Assembly (NCBI GenBank): GCA_963787835.1
Contig: CAWBEI010000003.1
Span: 192,001 to 256,000, forward strand
Length of the DNA stretch: 64,000 nt
Direction of reading: 5' to 3'
Origin: Ignavibacteriota bacterium
GTDB taxonomy: Bacteria > Bacteroidota > Ignavibacteria > Palsa-1295
Both the position numbers and the translations under genes were made by a program. Shown in pieces: positions 20,017 to 29,584 of the stretch; the stretch's first letter is position 1; each line of letters begins with the position of its first letter. The notes beneath the pieces are model-generated. The model had not been told where the DNA came from, did not search any database, and worked only from the letters and a program-made list of their open reading frames with translations.

Positions 20017-21138
20017 GTGCGTTTTAAGATTTCCCTAACTTTTTCACTATTTCTGTTCGCTTTCTCCGGCATTGCGGGAAGATGCTTGTGCGGTGCCGAT
20101 GCTAACGCCCAGGAGCCAACTTCCGCTGCTACTGAAAGTCAGATAGTCGATTGCGGAACAGCACTTTCACGAGCCGAACACGCCTATGAACTCGGTAAAT
20201 TTCATGAGGTGCTCGATATCCTTTCTCCGTGTTTACCGGATGGATTAGCGGAAGACGATATTTGGCGCGGCTACCGCCTTCGCGCTATCGCGTACCTGAT
20301 GCTCGATAGTCCCGATAGCGCAGAGGATGCCATTCGCTATATGCTTCGAAAAAATCCGGACTATCGCGCAATTCCGGAAGTCGATCCTTACGAGTTCGTC
20401 CGGGCGCTTGCTCCTTATACTGATTACCCTCAATTCGCAATGGGAGTATTTCTCGATGGTTTAGCAACGGAGGTGCAATTGATCCAGGCAAACACTCTGA
20501 CCCAAACTGCCGCAACTTCGGGTGACTATGGCATACCGATCAAGATCAATGCCGGTGCGGAAGCATTATATTCTTTTAACCCAAAATTTTCAACGGGATT
20601 CGATATAGCCCTCCTGTATGAGGACATCGTGCGAAATCTTGATCCGATCCGTGGTGAATCCTCGCAATATACTGAGAATATTTCTTCTGTTGCTCTTCCA
20701 CTGTTTGCCCGATACCGTTTGGATACTTTGCATTTTCTTGGAACACGGATGCAGCCATTTTTCGAAGCTGGTGGATTCGGTCAATGGATCACTCCGATCG
20801 CCGCGAAGATCACGTTAACCGATCAGAGTGGCGTCACAACGCCCTTGCCGGATCCGAACCCCGGCGGGAGCAGAAAATCCTTCAATTATGGATGGACCGT
20901 AAGCGCAGGGATCGTCATTCCATTGCAAGGAGCTGAAATTATAGTCCGCGGAAGATATTGGAATGGGCTTACCGATCTAACCCAACCCTCGGCGCGCTAC
21001 TCCAACAGCCTTTTTTTACCTGCCTATTATGAGGCAGATGATATTGCGCTTCGAAATTTTGAGCTTTCGATCGGGATCAATCTGCTGTTCGGTTATCGGG
21101 AATATAAATTGGATGATCGACCATCCGGAAAACAATAA
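20017..21138 (+). CDS. outer-membrane beta-barrel (porin/PorT-like) protein with N-terminal TPR-like helical domain
   Basis: Signal peptide, helical repeat AEHAYELGKF...YRLRAIAYL, amphipathic strands (LPLFARY, GRYWNGLTDL, FELSIGINLLF); GTG 20017 chosen because TATCTTTG lies at 19985. Confidence 0.6.
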   Translation: MRFKISLTFSLFLFAFSGIAGRCLCGADANAQEPTSAATESQIVDCGTALSRAEHAYELGKFHEVLDILSPCLPDGLAEDDIWRGYRLRAIAYLMLDSPDSAEDAIRYMLRKNPDYRAIPEVDPYEFVRALAPYTDYPQFAMGVFLDGLATEVQLIQANTLTQTAATSGDYGIPIKINAGAEALYSFNPKFSTGFDIALLYEDIVRNLDPIRGESSQYTENISSVALPLFARYRLDTLHFLGTRMQPFFEAGGFGQWITPIAAKITLTDQSGVTTPLPDPNPGGSRKSFNYGWTVSAGIVIPLQGAEIIVRGRYWNGLTDLTQPSARYSNSLFLPAYYEADDIALRNFELSIGINLLFGYREYKLDDRPSGKQ

Positions 21139-22454
21139 TGGTGCGAATGAGAGTAACAGTTTTTCTTCTTACACTCGCACTGTCCGGCGTGGAGTGCAAG
21201 GCTCCGCTAAGTTCTGGTGCTACTCCGCAGAGCTACATCCGGTTGCTGGACGTCGATCCACCTGTTGCCGGGCCGAACGGCGTGGCTTCGACTCCGCTTG
21301 CAGTCATGCGGCAATCCCCGGATGGCAACATCCTTTTTCTCTATACCGCAACCGTTCCCGGCGCGGTTACGACCTCTATCGAGCTTACGGAAACGGACGC
21401 GAATGGGAATGTTCGTTGGACCAGCCATTTCCCTTCCACCACATCAAACGGCACCGATAGCTATGTGGCCGGAGATTGCATCGCCTTGTCGAATGGAACC
21501 ATTGCAGTGGCCGGTTCGCATCTTGTATCTTCCAATGGAAACGGCAGTAAATTCGAGTTGTTGTTCTTCGATGCCAATGGTAATCTCAAGCTAAATAAGG
21601 AATACGCTCCTGCGGAACCCTCTCTGCCGTTCCTTTTTGTATCTACCATCAGCCAAACCGATCCCGGGGACCTGATCCTCTGCGGCTGGGCAAAGCAATC
21701 AACCAATTCTACCGGTGGAAATAAAGAACTCATTGATCTATGGCTTTCCGGAAGCGGGGATTCTCTTGGGGTTGGTACGATCCTTCCTATCCTTGGTACC
21801 GCCGCTGATAATTATGAACTCCGGGCGATGAGCGCGCTTTCCGGTGATAGTGCCCTTGGCATTGGTTCGGATAAGCAAGGGACGGGCGGCGACGGAGTTC
21901 TCTATCTTTGGCAAGCACCCGATACGATCACCTATGCCGGTTACTTAGCAAATAATGTTAGAACCGGCACGCTTCGGAGTATCATTAGGAAAAAGGGTAC
22001 GTCCTCCTACATTATCGCCGGCGATACAAATTACTTCGCTGGCACCCCCAACACGCCGTGGATCGGACAAGTAGGCCCCCCATTTGCAGGCAATGACAAT
22101 CTTCAAATTCCCACCTGGACGCGAGGGATATTGAAAGACACCGGAACCATTACCAATATTATCCAAACTGCGGATGGCGGTCTGGCGGCAACAGGATATT
22201 CCGTTTCTGCCAGCGATACGTCGCTCACGGTGTTCCGCTTTACGATAAATGGAACGGATGTCTGGCCCTACAAAACGTATCCGTTCAATGGCGGGGACAT
22301 TCCCTACAACATCATTGAATTGCCGAATGGCGATCTCATCGTTGGCGGAGTAACCACAAGTTTCGGCAGCCGCTCTTCCGGCGTTCGGCAAATTTTTTTA
22401 ATACATCTTAAATCGGACGGAACGCCCGGCTTCGTAAATATTATAAGTTCTTGA
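21138..22454 (+). CDS. secreted/lipoprotein beta-propeller hypothetical protein
   Basis: N-terminal hydrophobic segment plus Cys; repeats TDANGNVRW, FDANGNL, IIQTADGGLAATG, IELPNGDLIVGG; TAATG coupling to the upstream gene. Confidence 0.6.
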   Translation: MVRMRVTVFLLTLALSGVECKAPLSSGATPQSYIRLLDVDPPVAGPNGVASTPLAVMRQSPDGNILFLYTATVPGAVTTSIELTETDANGNVRWTSHFPSTTSNGTDSYVAGDCIALSNGTIAVAGSHLVSSNGNGSKFELLFFDANGNLKLNKEYAPAEPSLPFLFVSTISQTDPGDLILCGWAKQSTNSTGGNKELIDLWLSGSGDSLGVGTILPILGTAADNYELRAMSALSGDSALGIGSDKQGTGGDGVLYLWQAPDTITYAGYLANNVRTGTLRSIIRKKGTSSYIIAGDTNYFAGTPNTPWIGQVGPPFAGNDNLQIPTWTRGILKDTGTITNIIQTADGGLAATGYSVSASDTSLTVFRFTINGTDVWPYKTYPFNGGDIPYNIIELPNGDLIVGGVTTSFGSRSSGVRQIFLIHLKSDGTPGFVNIISS

Positions 22455-22582
22455 GGGGACGTGATGAGCACTTCCACACTCTATGGCATACTCTAAGCCT
22501 ATTTTTTCTGGGCAGGCAGTAAAATTGTATTATTTTTGTAATGAATTGTCTCTTCAGAATTCATTCTTTTTCGTCTTTCTTT

Positions 22583-24949
22583 ATGTATTCTTCAAAGCAG
22601 CGTTCGTTAATTGTATTTCTCTGTACAGCATTTTTGCTTGGGATGCCGTTTTTAGGGCGGGCCCAGCAGATAACTCGCGTACACCCATCCAATATCGCGA
22701 TTCGCGGCATTGGCATGGGAAGTACGGCCACAGCGATCGCCGTCGGCGATTCCGCGTATGTCATCTATACCGGCTACGCCGACACGTTCAATCCATGGGA
22801 GCAGAGAAATACCGGTTACCCGACTTCGGTCACGTTCGATGCCGTCGCCTTTGCCGGAGACACGATGAATGCCGTGATCGCCGGCACGCAAGGTGCACTC
22901 GCCTGGACGAGCGATACCGGGGCGACCTGGCATCATGTGTCCGTCGGCACGACGGGAACCATCCGCGCCCTCGCCTATTCTTATAATAATGGTGGCATCG
23001 CGCAAGTCTATAATACCACCGGCGCCATGATCGGCGTGGGAGATGGCGGGCTTATCATCCGCTCGACCGATCAGGGGCACACATGGAGCACGATCACGTC
23101 CGGGACAACCGAGCAGCTCAATGCCATCAGCTTCGGATCGCCGAGCGAGGCCATTGCGGTCGGTAACGATACCACGATCCTGCAAAGCCACGATTCGGGC
23201 AAAACCTGGACGCCAATGAAGTTCCCGTACGACCTTCGTACCGCGTTCGGCGGCATCTACAACAACGTGGTCAAGAAAATAAACTTCACAGCAGTGGTCA
23301 TGGGACTGAACGATAGTATCTGGGTTGCGCTGGAAGGCCCCTCCCCCATACCTCCACTCCTGATCGATAATGGGGCTGCCAAGCAGGATCTGGTCTGTAG
23401 GGTTGTTACTGGCTACGCCAATCCACCCGCCTCATTGAATTACTCCATTACATCGCTCGCATACGTGAATATTCCGGGCTATATGAACGTCGCAGCGTTT
23501 ACCTCGAGCGATGTGATTCTTGTCGATACCGGAGGACAGGGGTGGTATGTGCTCGATTGGTATCAGTTTGGAGGCGATGCCGACGGTGGCGTTGCTCCCG
23601 CTGCGATTCACACACGCGGGGTTGGATACTGGATAACCGAAACCTATTTTAATTTTATGATGGGCGGAGATGATCTCATGATCTATCCCTTTGTCCAATT
23701 TGGGCCTCGAAATGATATCTATCCTTTCGCCCCCTTCTTCTATGGCTTATGGCTTCCCGGACGAGGAGATAACTACATGTGCTATCTTGACCTCGATATT
23801 TCGCAGAGTGGACTTGGATACTCATGTGGGTTAGGTCTGGAAGAACGGGAGACCACCGATGGTGGCTTTACGTGGTCTGATTATCTCCCGAGTTACGATA
23901 CCAGCCTCAACACGAATTCATACTCCTTCGATTGCGTGCATACGCTAAACAATGGCAATGCCATTTTCACTGGCTGGGATGGACTGATCTTCTACTATGA
24001 TCCGCTCGATACGCCAAAATGCCAGATCGTACCAACTGGAACGCAGGAACGATTGGAAGGCATTACATTCCCAACGTCGGATACTGCCTTCAATGTTGGG
24101 GATTTTGGGTCGGTCTTTAGAACTACGGATGAGGGCTTGACGTGGAACCCGATCAACACTCCAACCTCCGAGTATTTGTATTCGGTAGCGTTTGCAAATA
24201 ACGAGATCGGTGTTGCAGCGGGCAATGATGGAGAGATCATCCGGACAACGGATAATGGAAACACCTGGGCGGAAGTAAATAGCATCCTGACCGGTACCTC
24301 CATTGACATCCGAGGCTTGCAAGGGTTCCCCGATGGAACGTTCCTCGCCCGGGCCGGCAACGAGCTCCTTCGCTCGACCGACTTTGGGCAGAACTGGCTT
24401 TCCATCCTGCCATCCAGCATGAGCGACACCGACGGCATGAGCTTCTATTCTCCGCAGATCGGCATTATTGCCGAGCAACCCACCTCCAGCGCGAATTGCC
24501 CCGATACTGCGCACCTGGCTTATACAAGGGATGGAGGCGCAACATGGACCCAATTTGCAGTCCCGATCATCAATTACTACCGCATCCTGTTTCACTGGGT
24601 GAACGACCATGAGGTGCTTATCTATGGATGCTTAGGCATCATCGATGACATCGTTCTTTCAACCAATGGTGTGCAGGTTGCGCGCGTGGATGATAGTTCT
24701 GCGATACAAGTATATCCGAATCCCTCGAATGGCAGTGTGCAGGTTAGCTACACTGCAAAAACGAATGGGCCGGTTTCCATCGGTCTCTATGATGAGACTG
24801 GACGCTTATTGATGCAGATGTTCAATGGGCAGGAGATCGTTGGCGATCATGTCCACTCGTTCGATCTATCGAAAATAACGCAAGGATCCTATTACATCAG
24901 GCTCACGCATGAAGGGAAGACCTCCACTTCGCCCGTGAGCGTGGAGTGA
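22583..24949 (+). CDS. YCF48/BNR-repeat beta-propeller protein with T9SS type-A CTD
   Basis: Repeats VGDGGLIIRSTDQGHTW, TTDGGFTW, TTDNGNTW; CTD VYPNPS...GSYYIRL; ATG 22583 chosen (TATTTTTG at 22531). Confidence 0.85.
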   Translation: MYSSKQRSLIVFLCTAFLLGMPFLGRAQQITRVHPSNIAIRGIGMGSTATAIAVGDSAYVIYTGYADTFNPWEQRNTGYPTSVTFDAVAFAGDTMNAVIAGTQGALAWTSDTGATWHHVSVGTTGTIRALAYSYNNGGIAQVYNTTGAMIGVGDGGLIIRSTDQGHTWSTITSGTTEQLNAISFGSPSEAIAVGNDTTILQSHDSGKTWTPMKFPYDLRTAFGGIYNNVVKKINFTAVVMGLNDSIWVALEGPSPIPPLLIDNGAAKQDLVCRVVTGYANPPASLNYSITSLAYVNIPGYMNVAAFTSSDVILVDTGGQGWYVLDWYQFGGDADGGVAPAAIHTRGVGYWITETYFNFMMGGDDLMIYPFVQFGPRNDIYPFAPFFYGLWLPGRGDNYMCYLDLDISQSGLGYSCGLGLEERETTDGGFTWSDYLPSYDTSLNTNSYSFDCVHTLNNGNAIFTGWDGLIFYYDPLDTPKCQIVPTGTQERLEGITFPTSDTAFNVGDFGSVFRTTDEGLTWNPINTPTSEYLYSVAFANNEIGVAAGNDGEIIRTTDNGNTWAEVNSILTGTSIDIRGLQGFPDGTFLARAGNELLRSTDFGQNWLSILPSSMSDTDGMSFYSPQIGIIAEQPTSSANCPDTAHLAYTRDGGATWTQFAVPIINYYRILFHWVNDHEVLIYGCLGIIDDIVLSTNGVQVARVDDSSAIQVYPNPSNGSVQVSYTAKTNGPVSIGLYDETGRLLMQMFNGQEIVGDHVHSFDLSKITQGSYYIRLTHEGKTSTSPVSVE

Positions 24950-24974
24950 TCGTGATAAGCATCGTCGATGCTGC

Positions 24975-26117
24975 TTATTTCGCCCCGATCACTTCGTAGA
25001 TCTTGATCGGCTCTGCTTTGCCGCGAATGGGCATAGGCCCCAGTTCCCGTGCATTGATAATGTCAGATGCCGAATGATAGGTGTTTTCGCTGATAAGAAT
25101 CGCGTCCGGATGTCCCTTCGTCAGCGCCTCGATCCGTGAGGCTACGTTGACGGTATCGCCAATGGCGGTGTAATCCATCCGGTCTTCCGAGCCAATATTC
25201 CCAACAATGACCTCTCCGGAGTTGATACCGATCCCGATCTGAAGATCGCGGCCAATAACGGCGCGGTTGCGGTCATTAAAATGCTTCAATCCATCGCGAA
25301 TGGCCAGTGCAGCCATGACCGCATTTTCTCCGTTGCCAATATAGGAGACCGGCGCGCCGAAGAGCGCCAGCATTCCATCTCCAATAAATTTATTAACCGT
25401 CCCGTCATGCCGCTTGATGCAACCGGTGAGAAAGGAAAAGAAATCGTTAAGCAGATCGATGACCTTGGTCGGTTCAAGCTGCTCGGCAAGCTCGGTGAAA
25501 TCACGAATATCGGCGAACATCACGCTAACGATGCGGGTCTCAGCTTCCAGAAGCGGCATATCCTCAGTGCGGGACATAAGCTCTTCGAGCACGCGTTCGG
25601 GGATATATTTTTGGAAGAGTTTTACCAATCGTTCCTGATCGAGAACTTTCTGCTGCAACTCAGAGACGAGCCTGCGATTTTTGGCTTGCACCGCATAGTA
25701 TTCCAACGCAGCCTCCAGCGTCATTTTCAATTCTGCCTCATTCCACGGTTTTGTAATGTACCGATAGACACGGCCAGAGTTGATCGCTTTGATGATCGCA
25801 TCAATATCGCTGAAGCCCGTCAGGATCATACGCACGGCATCGGGGCATTCCGGGATGACCGCTTCTAAGAATTGTACGCCCGTCATCTCCGGCATCCGCT
25901 GATCGGTAACGATGAGGTGAATGGGAACTTCACGTATAATTCTCAGCCCCTCGCGGGCACTGATCGCAGTGTGAATCGTAAAATTCCTGCGGAATGCCGC
26001 GCGAAACGAAGTGAGGTTTTGCTCCTCGTCGTCCACATACAGAATGTTGTAGGGTGCACCGTTCTCTCGGTTCATGGTTTCGAATTGGGATTTTGCAGAG
26101 AAGTTTGTTTCTGGCAT
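24975..26117 (-). CDS. response-regulator (REC)-class III adenylate cyclase
   Basis: REC: VDDE, TDQRMP, TGFS, TKPW; cyclase: MFADIRDFT, NKFIGDG, DYTAIGDTVNVASRIE, IRGK. Confidence 0.93.
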   Translation of the reverse strand: MPETNFSAKSQFETMNRENGAPYNILYVDDEEQNLTSFRAAFRRNFTIHTAISAREGLRIIREVPIHLIVTDQRMPEMTGVQFLEAVIPECPDAVRMILTGFSDIDAIIKAINSGRVYRYITKPWNEAELKMTLEAALEYYAVQAKNRRLVSELQQKVLDQERLVKLFQKYIPERVLEELMSRTEDMPLLEAETRIVSVMFADIRDFTELAEQLEPTKVIDLLNDFFSFLTGCIKRHDGTVNKFIGDGMLALFGAPVSYIGNGENAVMAALAIRDGLKHFNDRNRAVIGRDLQIGIGINSGEVIVGNIGSEDRMDYTAIGDTVNVASRIEALTKGHPDAILISENTYHSASDIINARELGPMPIRGKAEPIKIYEVIGAK

Positions 26118-26155
26118 AAAAAATGTATTCGAACGAGCTTTTATAGGATTTAGGA

Positions 26156-27905
26156 TTAACTATTCAATTTCTGTTCGATGGGAAGCGTGATAATAAATTC
26201 GGTTCCATGACCAAATTCACTTTCCACTTCAATGGTACCACCATGTTTTTCGATAATGCCATAGGAAATGGAAAGACCCAGGCCCGTGCCCACACCGACA
26301 TCTTTCGTCGTAAAGAAGGGATCGAAAACTTGTTTACGAACTTCCTCTGGCATTCCCGTTCCACTATCCTTGAATCGAATTTCCACGGAATGGCTATCTT
26401 TTTTTCTGGTCCGGATCCAGATCTTTCCATTTCCGTCGCCTGACTTATTCTCTACAATGGCTTGGATCGCATTGGAAAGAATATTCATAAAGACTTGATT
26501 GAGCTGCCCTGCGAAACACTCTATCTCTGGAATATCTCCATAGTTCTTAATGATCTCCACATGGTCTTTGTATTTATTATGCAGCAATGTCAGCGTGGAA
26601 TCGATCCCCTGGTGAAGATCCGCAAGTTTGATCACCTGTTCGTCCGTTCTGGAGAAGTTCCGAAGTCCTTGCACGATCTCAGCAGTACGGTGGGCCCCTT
26701 CTTCGATGCCATCGAGCAGCGCAGTGATCTCTTTAACCGTGTATTCGAGATCGATGCCGATCTCTCGTTGCTTCAAGTTAGCAAGCGCAGCAGGAATGTC
26801 CTTCGTGGTCTGGAGTGCTCGATAAGCATCGAGGATATCATGGACTTCCCTCAGATTCCGCCGTAGCGGATTGACATTAGCAGAGACAAAGTTGATCGGA
26901 TTATTGATCTCGTGAGCAATGCCGGCGGTGAGCAAACCGAGTGAGGACATCTTCTCTGCCTGCACGAGTTGCCGTTGCGCTGTTTTGAGGTCGCTGAGTG
27001 CTCGATCGAGCTTTTGATAGGACTCCGCGTTATCGAGCGCAACCGCAATGTAAAGGGCAAGAGACTTCAACATATCGAGATGATAGGCCGAGAATGCCCC
27101 TTTGCGATAACTCCCGACGGCCATGACGCCGATCACGGTTCCCTTGGTGAACATTGGGATCGAGATGAGCGAGCGAATGCGTTCTGTTCCGGTTCTTAGT
27201 GGTGCAAGTTCCTGGACGTATCGGGCATAATTCGTTTCTACATCCTCTAAAAATACTTCCCTTCCATGCACCGCCGTCCAGGCTCCAAAGCTGCTGGGCG
27301 AATCGAGCGGAACGTTATACTGCTCGTTCTCGCCTCTGAGGTCGATCGAGAGGATCACATGAAGTTGCTGCGAAGAAGCATCGATCGTCGCCAGTTCGAA
27401 GGATGCTGCGTCCATCATCGTATTGAGCGTCCCAAAGGCGGTGCTTGCGATATCCCGCAAGTGAAGCGAAGCAATGATCTTCTGGCCCAACTCACTTACC
27501 ACGAGAAGATTATCATACGAAAGGCGGAGTTCGTCCGCAATAGATTTCTCCGTGGCGGCTGAAGCTTCGATGGCTTTAAAAGCGATCCTCACTTTCCTGC
27601 GCCTCGCGAAGTTTCCGAACAAGGTTATTGATGTTCGAGGCGATCTCTCCGAACTCCCCCTCTTTATTCATTACAACCAACCGTGCAAGGTCACCATTGT
27701 TCAGGGGACGAGTTTGTTCCGCTAAGTCGGAAACCGGATGAACAAGCTTAGCCCATAGCTGCGAAGCGGTCACATACAGAATGAATGCTGTTGGAATAGC
27801 AGCAATTGCAACCTGAATCCAACTCGCGGAAAACAGAAGCAAGGCGCTTATCACGATCGCCGTAATGAGCGCCGGAATAAGAATAAAAAAAGCCTTTAAT
27901 TTCAT
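26156..27905 (-). CDS. TM-HAMP-GAF sensor histidine kinase, split by a 1-nt frameshift near 27578
   Basis: ORF 27576-27905 is 2 TM plus HAMP; ORF 26156-27622 is GAF, HisKA (AHEINNP) and HATPase (N, DSGTG, FFTTK, GTGLGL); removing one T from CGC TTT T AAA joins them into about 582 aa. Confidence 0.88.
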
Positions 27906-28170
27906 CGGGTTCGTAAAGAAGCGTGCCCAGACAGAGGGTTGGGATTATCACACGGCTTCACCGGTACGTGTACGAAACAAAGGCGGAACTTCATCTTTAT
28001 GACAATTTAAGTACATAACAATTCAAGAATACTAATATACGAAGATTTTCAGCACCAAGACGAGATTTCATCCAAATGCCAAAATATTGTTGTATATTGC
28101 AATATTATTTTGGGTCTTGGACGTTCACCACGCCCTGGATCGAATGGTTGCGGTTCCTAACCCCTGAAAA

Positions 28171-29583
28171 ATGCCGGTTTCTGAGGAATGCATGATATTG
28201 TTCTGTGAGGATTCTTCTGTGCAAAACAGAGGAACTTCGCGTGCCCCTTCCTTTCAGAATCGCGAAGTAAAAAAGCCTCTTATGGAGGTATTACAGCAAA
28301 ATCTCGGGAATGGGGTCAAGAGCGAGACGTGCGAGTCTCGTGATCTACTCGACCGGGTTCGCGACCTGAGAACCTCATCCTTCGATCCTGTAGTAGTGTG
28401 GTTAGAACAATCTGCTTTGGCGGATTCTGAGCGTCGAATCCGGGAATGCCTCGAGGAGATCGGTGACCGAAGATTATTCGTCGTGATTACAACAACGGAC
28501 GACGATAATAGAATGGGCAACCTTGCAAAGGGCATCCATCCCTACTTTCTGGCAAAACCCACCGGTTCTCTTTCCTCCGAGACACAGTTCTGGCGGGTAA
28601 TAAATGCGCTTGCAGTCGATATTTCTCGCTCCGTAGCTACCGAGAGCGAAGATGATTCGAGACCATCTGTTTTTCTTGCACCCGTCGCAGAGCCTATCGA
28701 GCAATTAGCGCGCAAACTGCGCCATGATCTGGAAAGCCGAGGGTTCAATGTCAGGCCAAAAACGAATTCAGAACTCTTGGATCAGGTGGAAGCACTTTTG
28801 GCAAGAAGCGCATTATCGGTACATCTTTTTGGACAAAGCAATGCAAGTCTTATCGAGCGCGGGGCACAGCAGTCGATGGATGTATTTCGTTCTACGCTTG
28901 CATTCGCAAAAGCTCATCCTGAATTTCGGGTGCTTGGGTGGACGGATGCTCAAGCTTCCGAGGCAGCGACCTCCATGCTCGGCGACCAGATCCTGCGCGA
29001 GTCGAAAGAATTCAGTCTTTCAGCCGAAGTCATTCAAAGTACCTTCGAGGATTTTAAGTCGCTTCTTTATGATCGGTTGGGACAATCGGTGTCTGCATCA
29101 CCTACTATGCCCCCTTTCACTTCTACACCAGTCGTAGGACCAAAGGAAATTCCTGTTGTGGCCGGTATCGCCCACGATGCTCCCGGAGCACAGTTATACG
29201 TCATTTATGACCCGCGCGATGCCGAGGCAGCAAAACCAGTAACGAACTTTCTTCAACATCAGGGTATCGGAGTTCTCTTGCCTGAGTTCCCAACAGAGCA
29301 AAATACGCTCCGTGCCATTCACAATGAGAATCTTCGCCGGTGCGATGGTGTGCTCATTGTCTATGGTGCTGTGCAGGAGCAATGGGTGCGCATGAAACAG
29401 CAAGACCTGCTTCGCGCAGCCGCACTCGGAAGAAAAAAGAATCTATCTGCAAAGGGTGTCTTTTTATGCTCCAACAAGACGGAAGGGAAACTTCGGTTTT
29501 CGGCACCGGACATGATGGTCATCAATGGCTTCGACTCCACAGCCAATCTCGCACCGTTCATCCAGCGACTATCGGCATCGTAA
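28171..29583 (+). CDS. TIR-like/DUF4062-like multidomain protein
   Basis: Two recognisable TIR-like alpha/beta units (SVFLA...LESRGFNV...LSVHLFG; LYVIYDPRD...LRRCDGVLIVYG...WVRMK) and a degenerate N-terminal unit; ends 1 bp before the STAND gene. Confidence 0.6.
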   Translation: MPVSEECMILFCEDSSVQNRGTSRAPSFQNREVKKPLMEVLQQNLGNGVKSETCESRDLLDRVRDLRTSSFDPVVVWLEQSALADSERRIRECLEEIGDRRLFVVITTTDDDNRMGNLAKGIHPYFLAKPTGSLSSETQFWRVINALAVDISRSVATESEDDSRPSVFLAPVAEPIEQLARKLRHDLESRGFNVRPKTNSELLDQVEALLARSALSVHLFGQSNASLIERGAQQSMDVFRSTLAFAKAHPEFRVLGWTDAQASEAATSMLGDQILRESKEFSLSAEVIQSTFEDFKSLLYDRLGQSVSASPTMPPFTSTPVVGPKEIPVVAGIAHDAPGAQLYVIYDPRDAEAAKPVTNFLQHQGIGVLLPEFPTEQNTLRAIHNENLRRCDGVLIVYGAVQEQWVRMKQQDLLRAAALGRKKNLSAKGVFLCSNKTEGKLRFSAPDMMVINGFDSTANLAPFIQRLSAS

Positions 29584-29584
29584 G

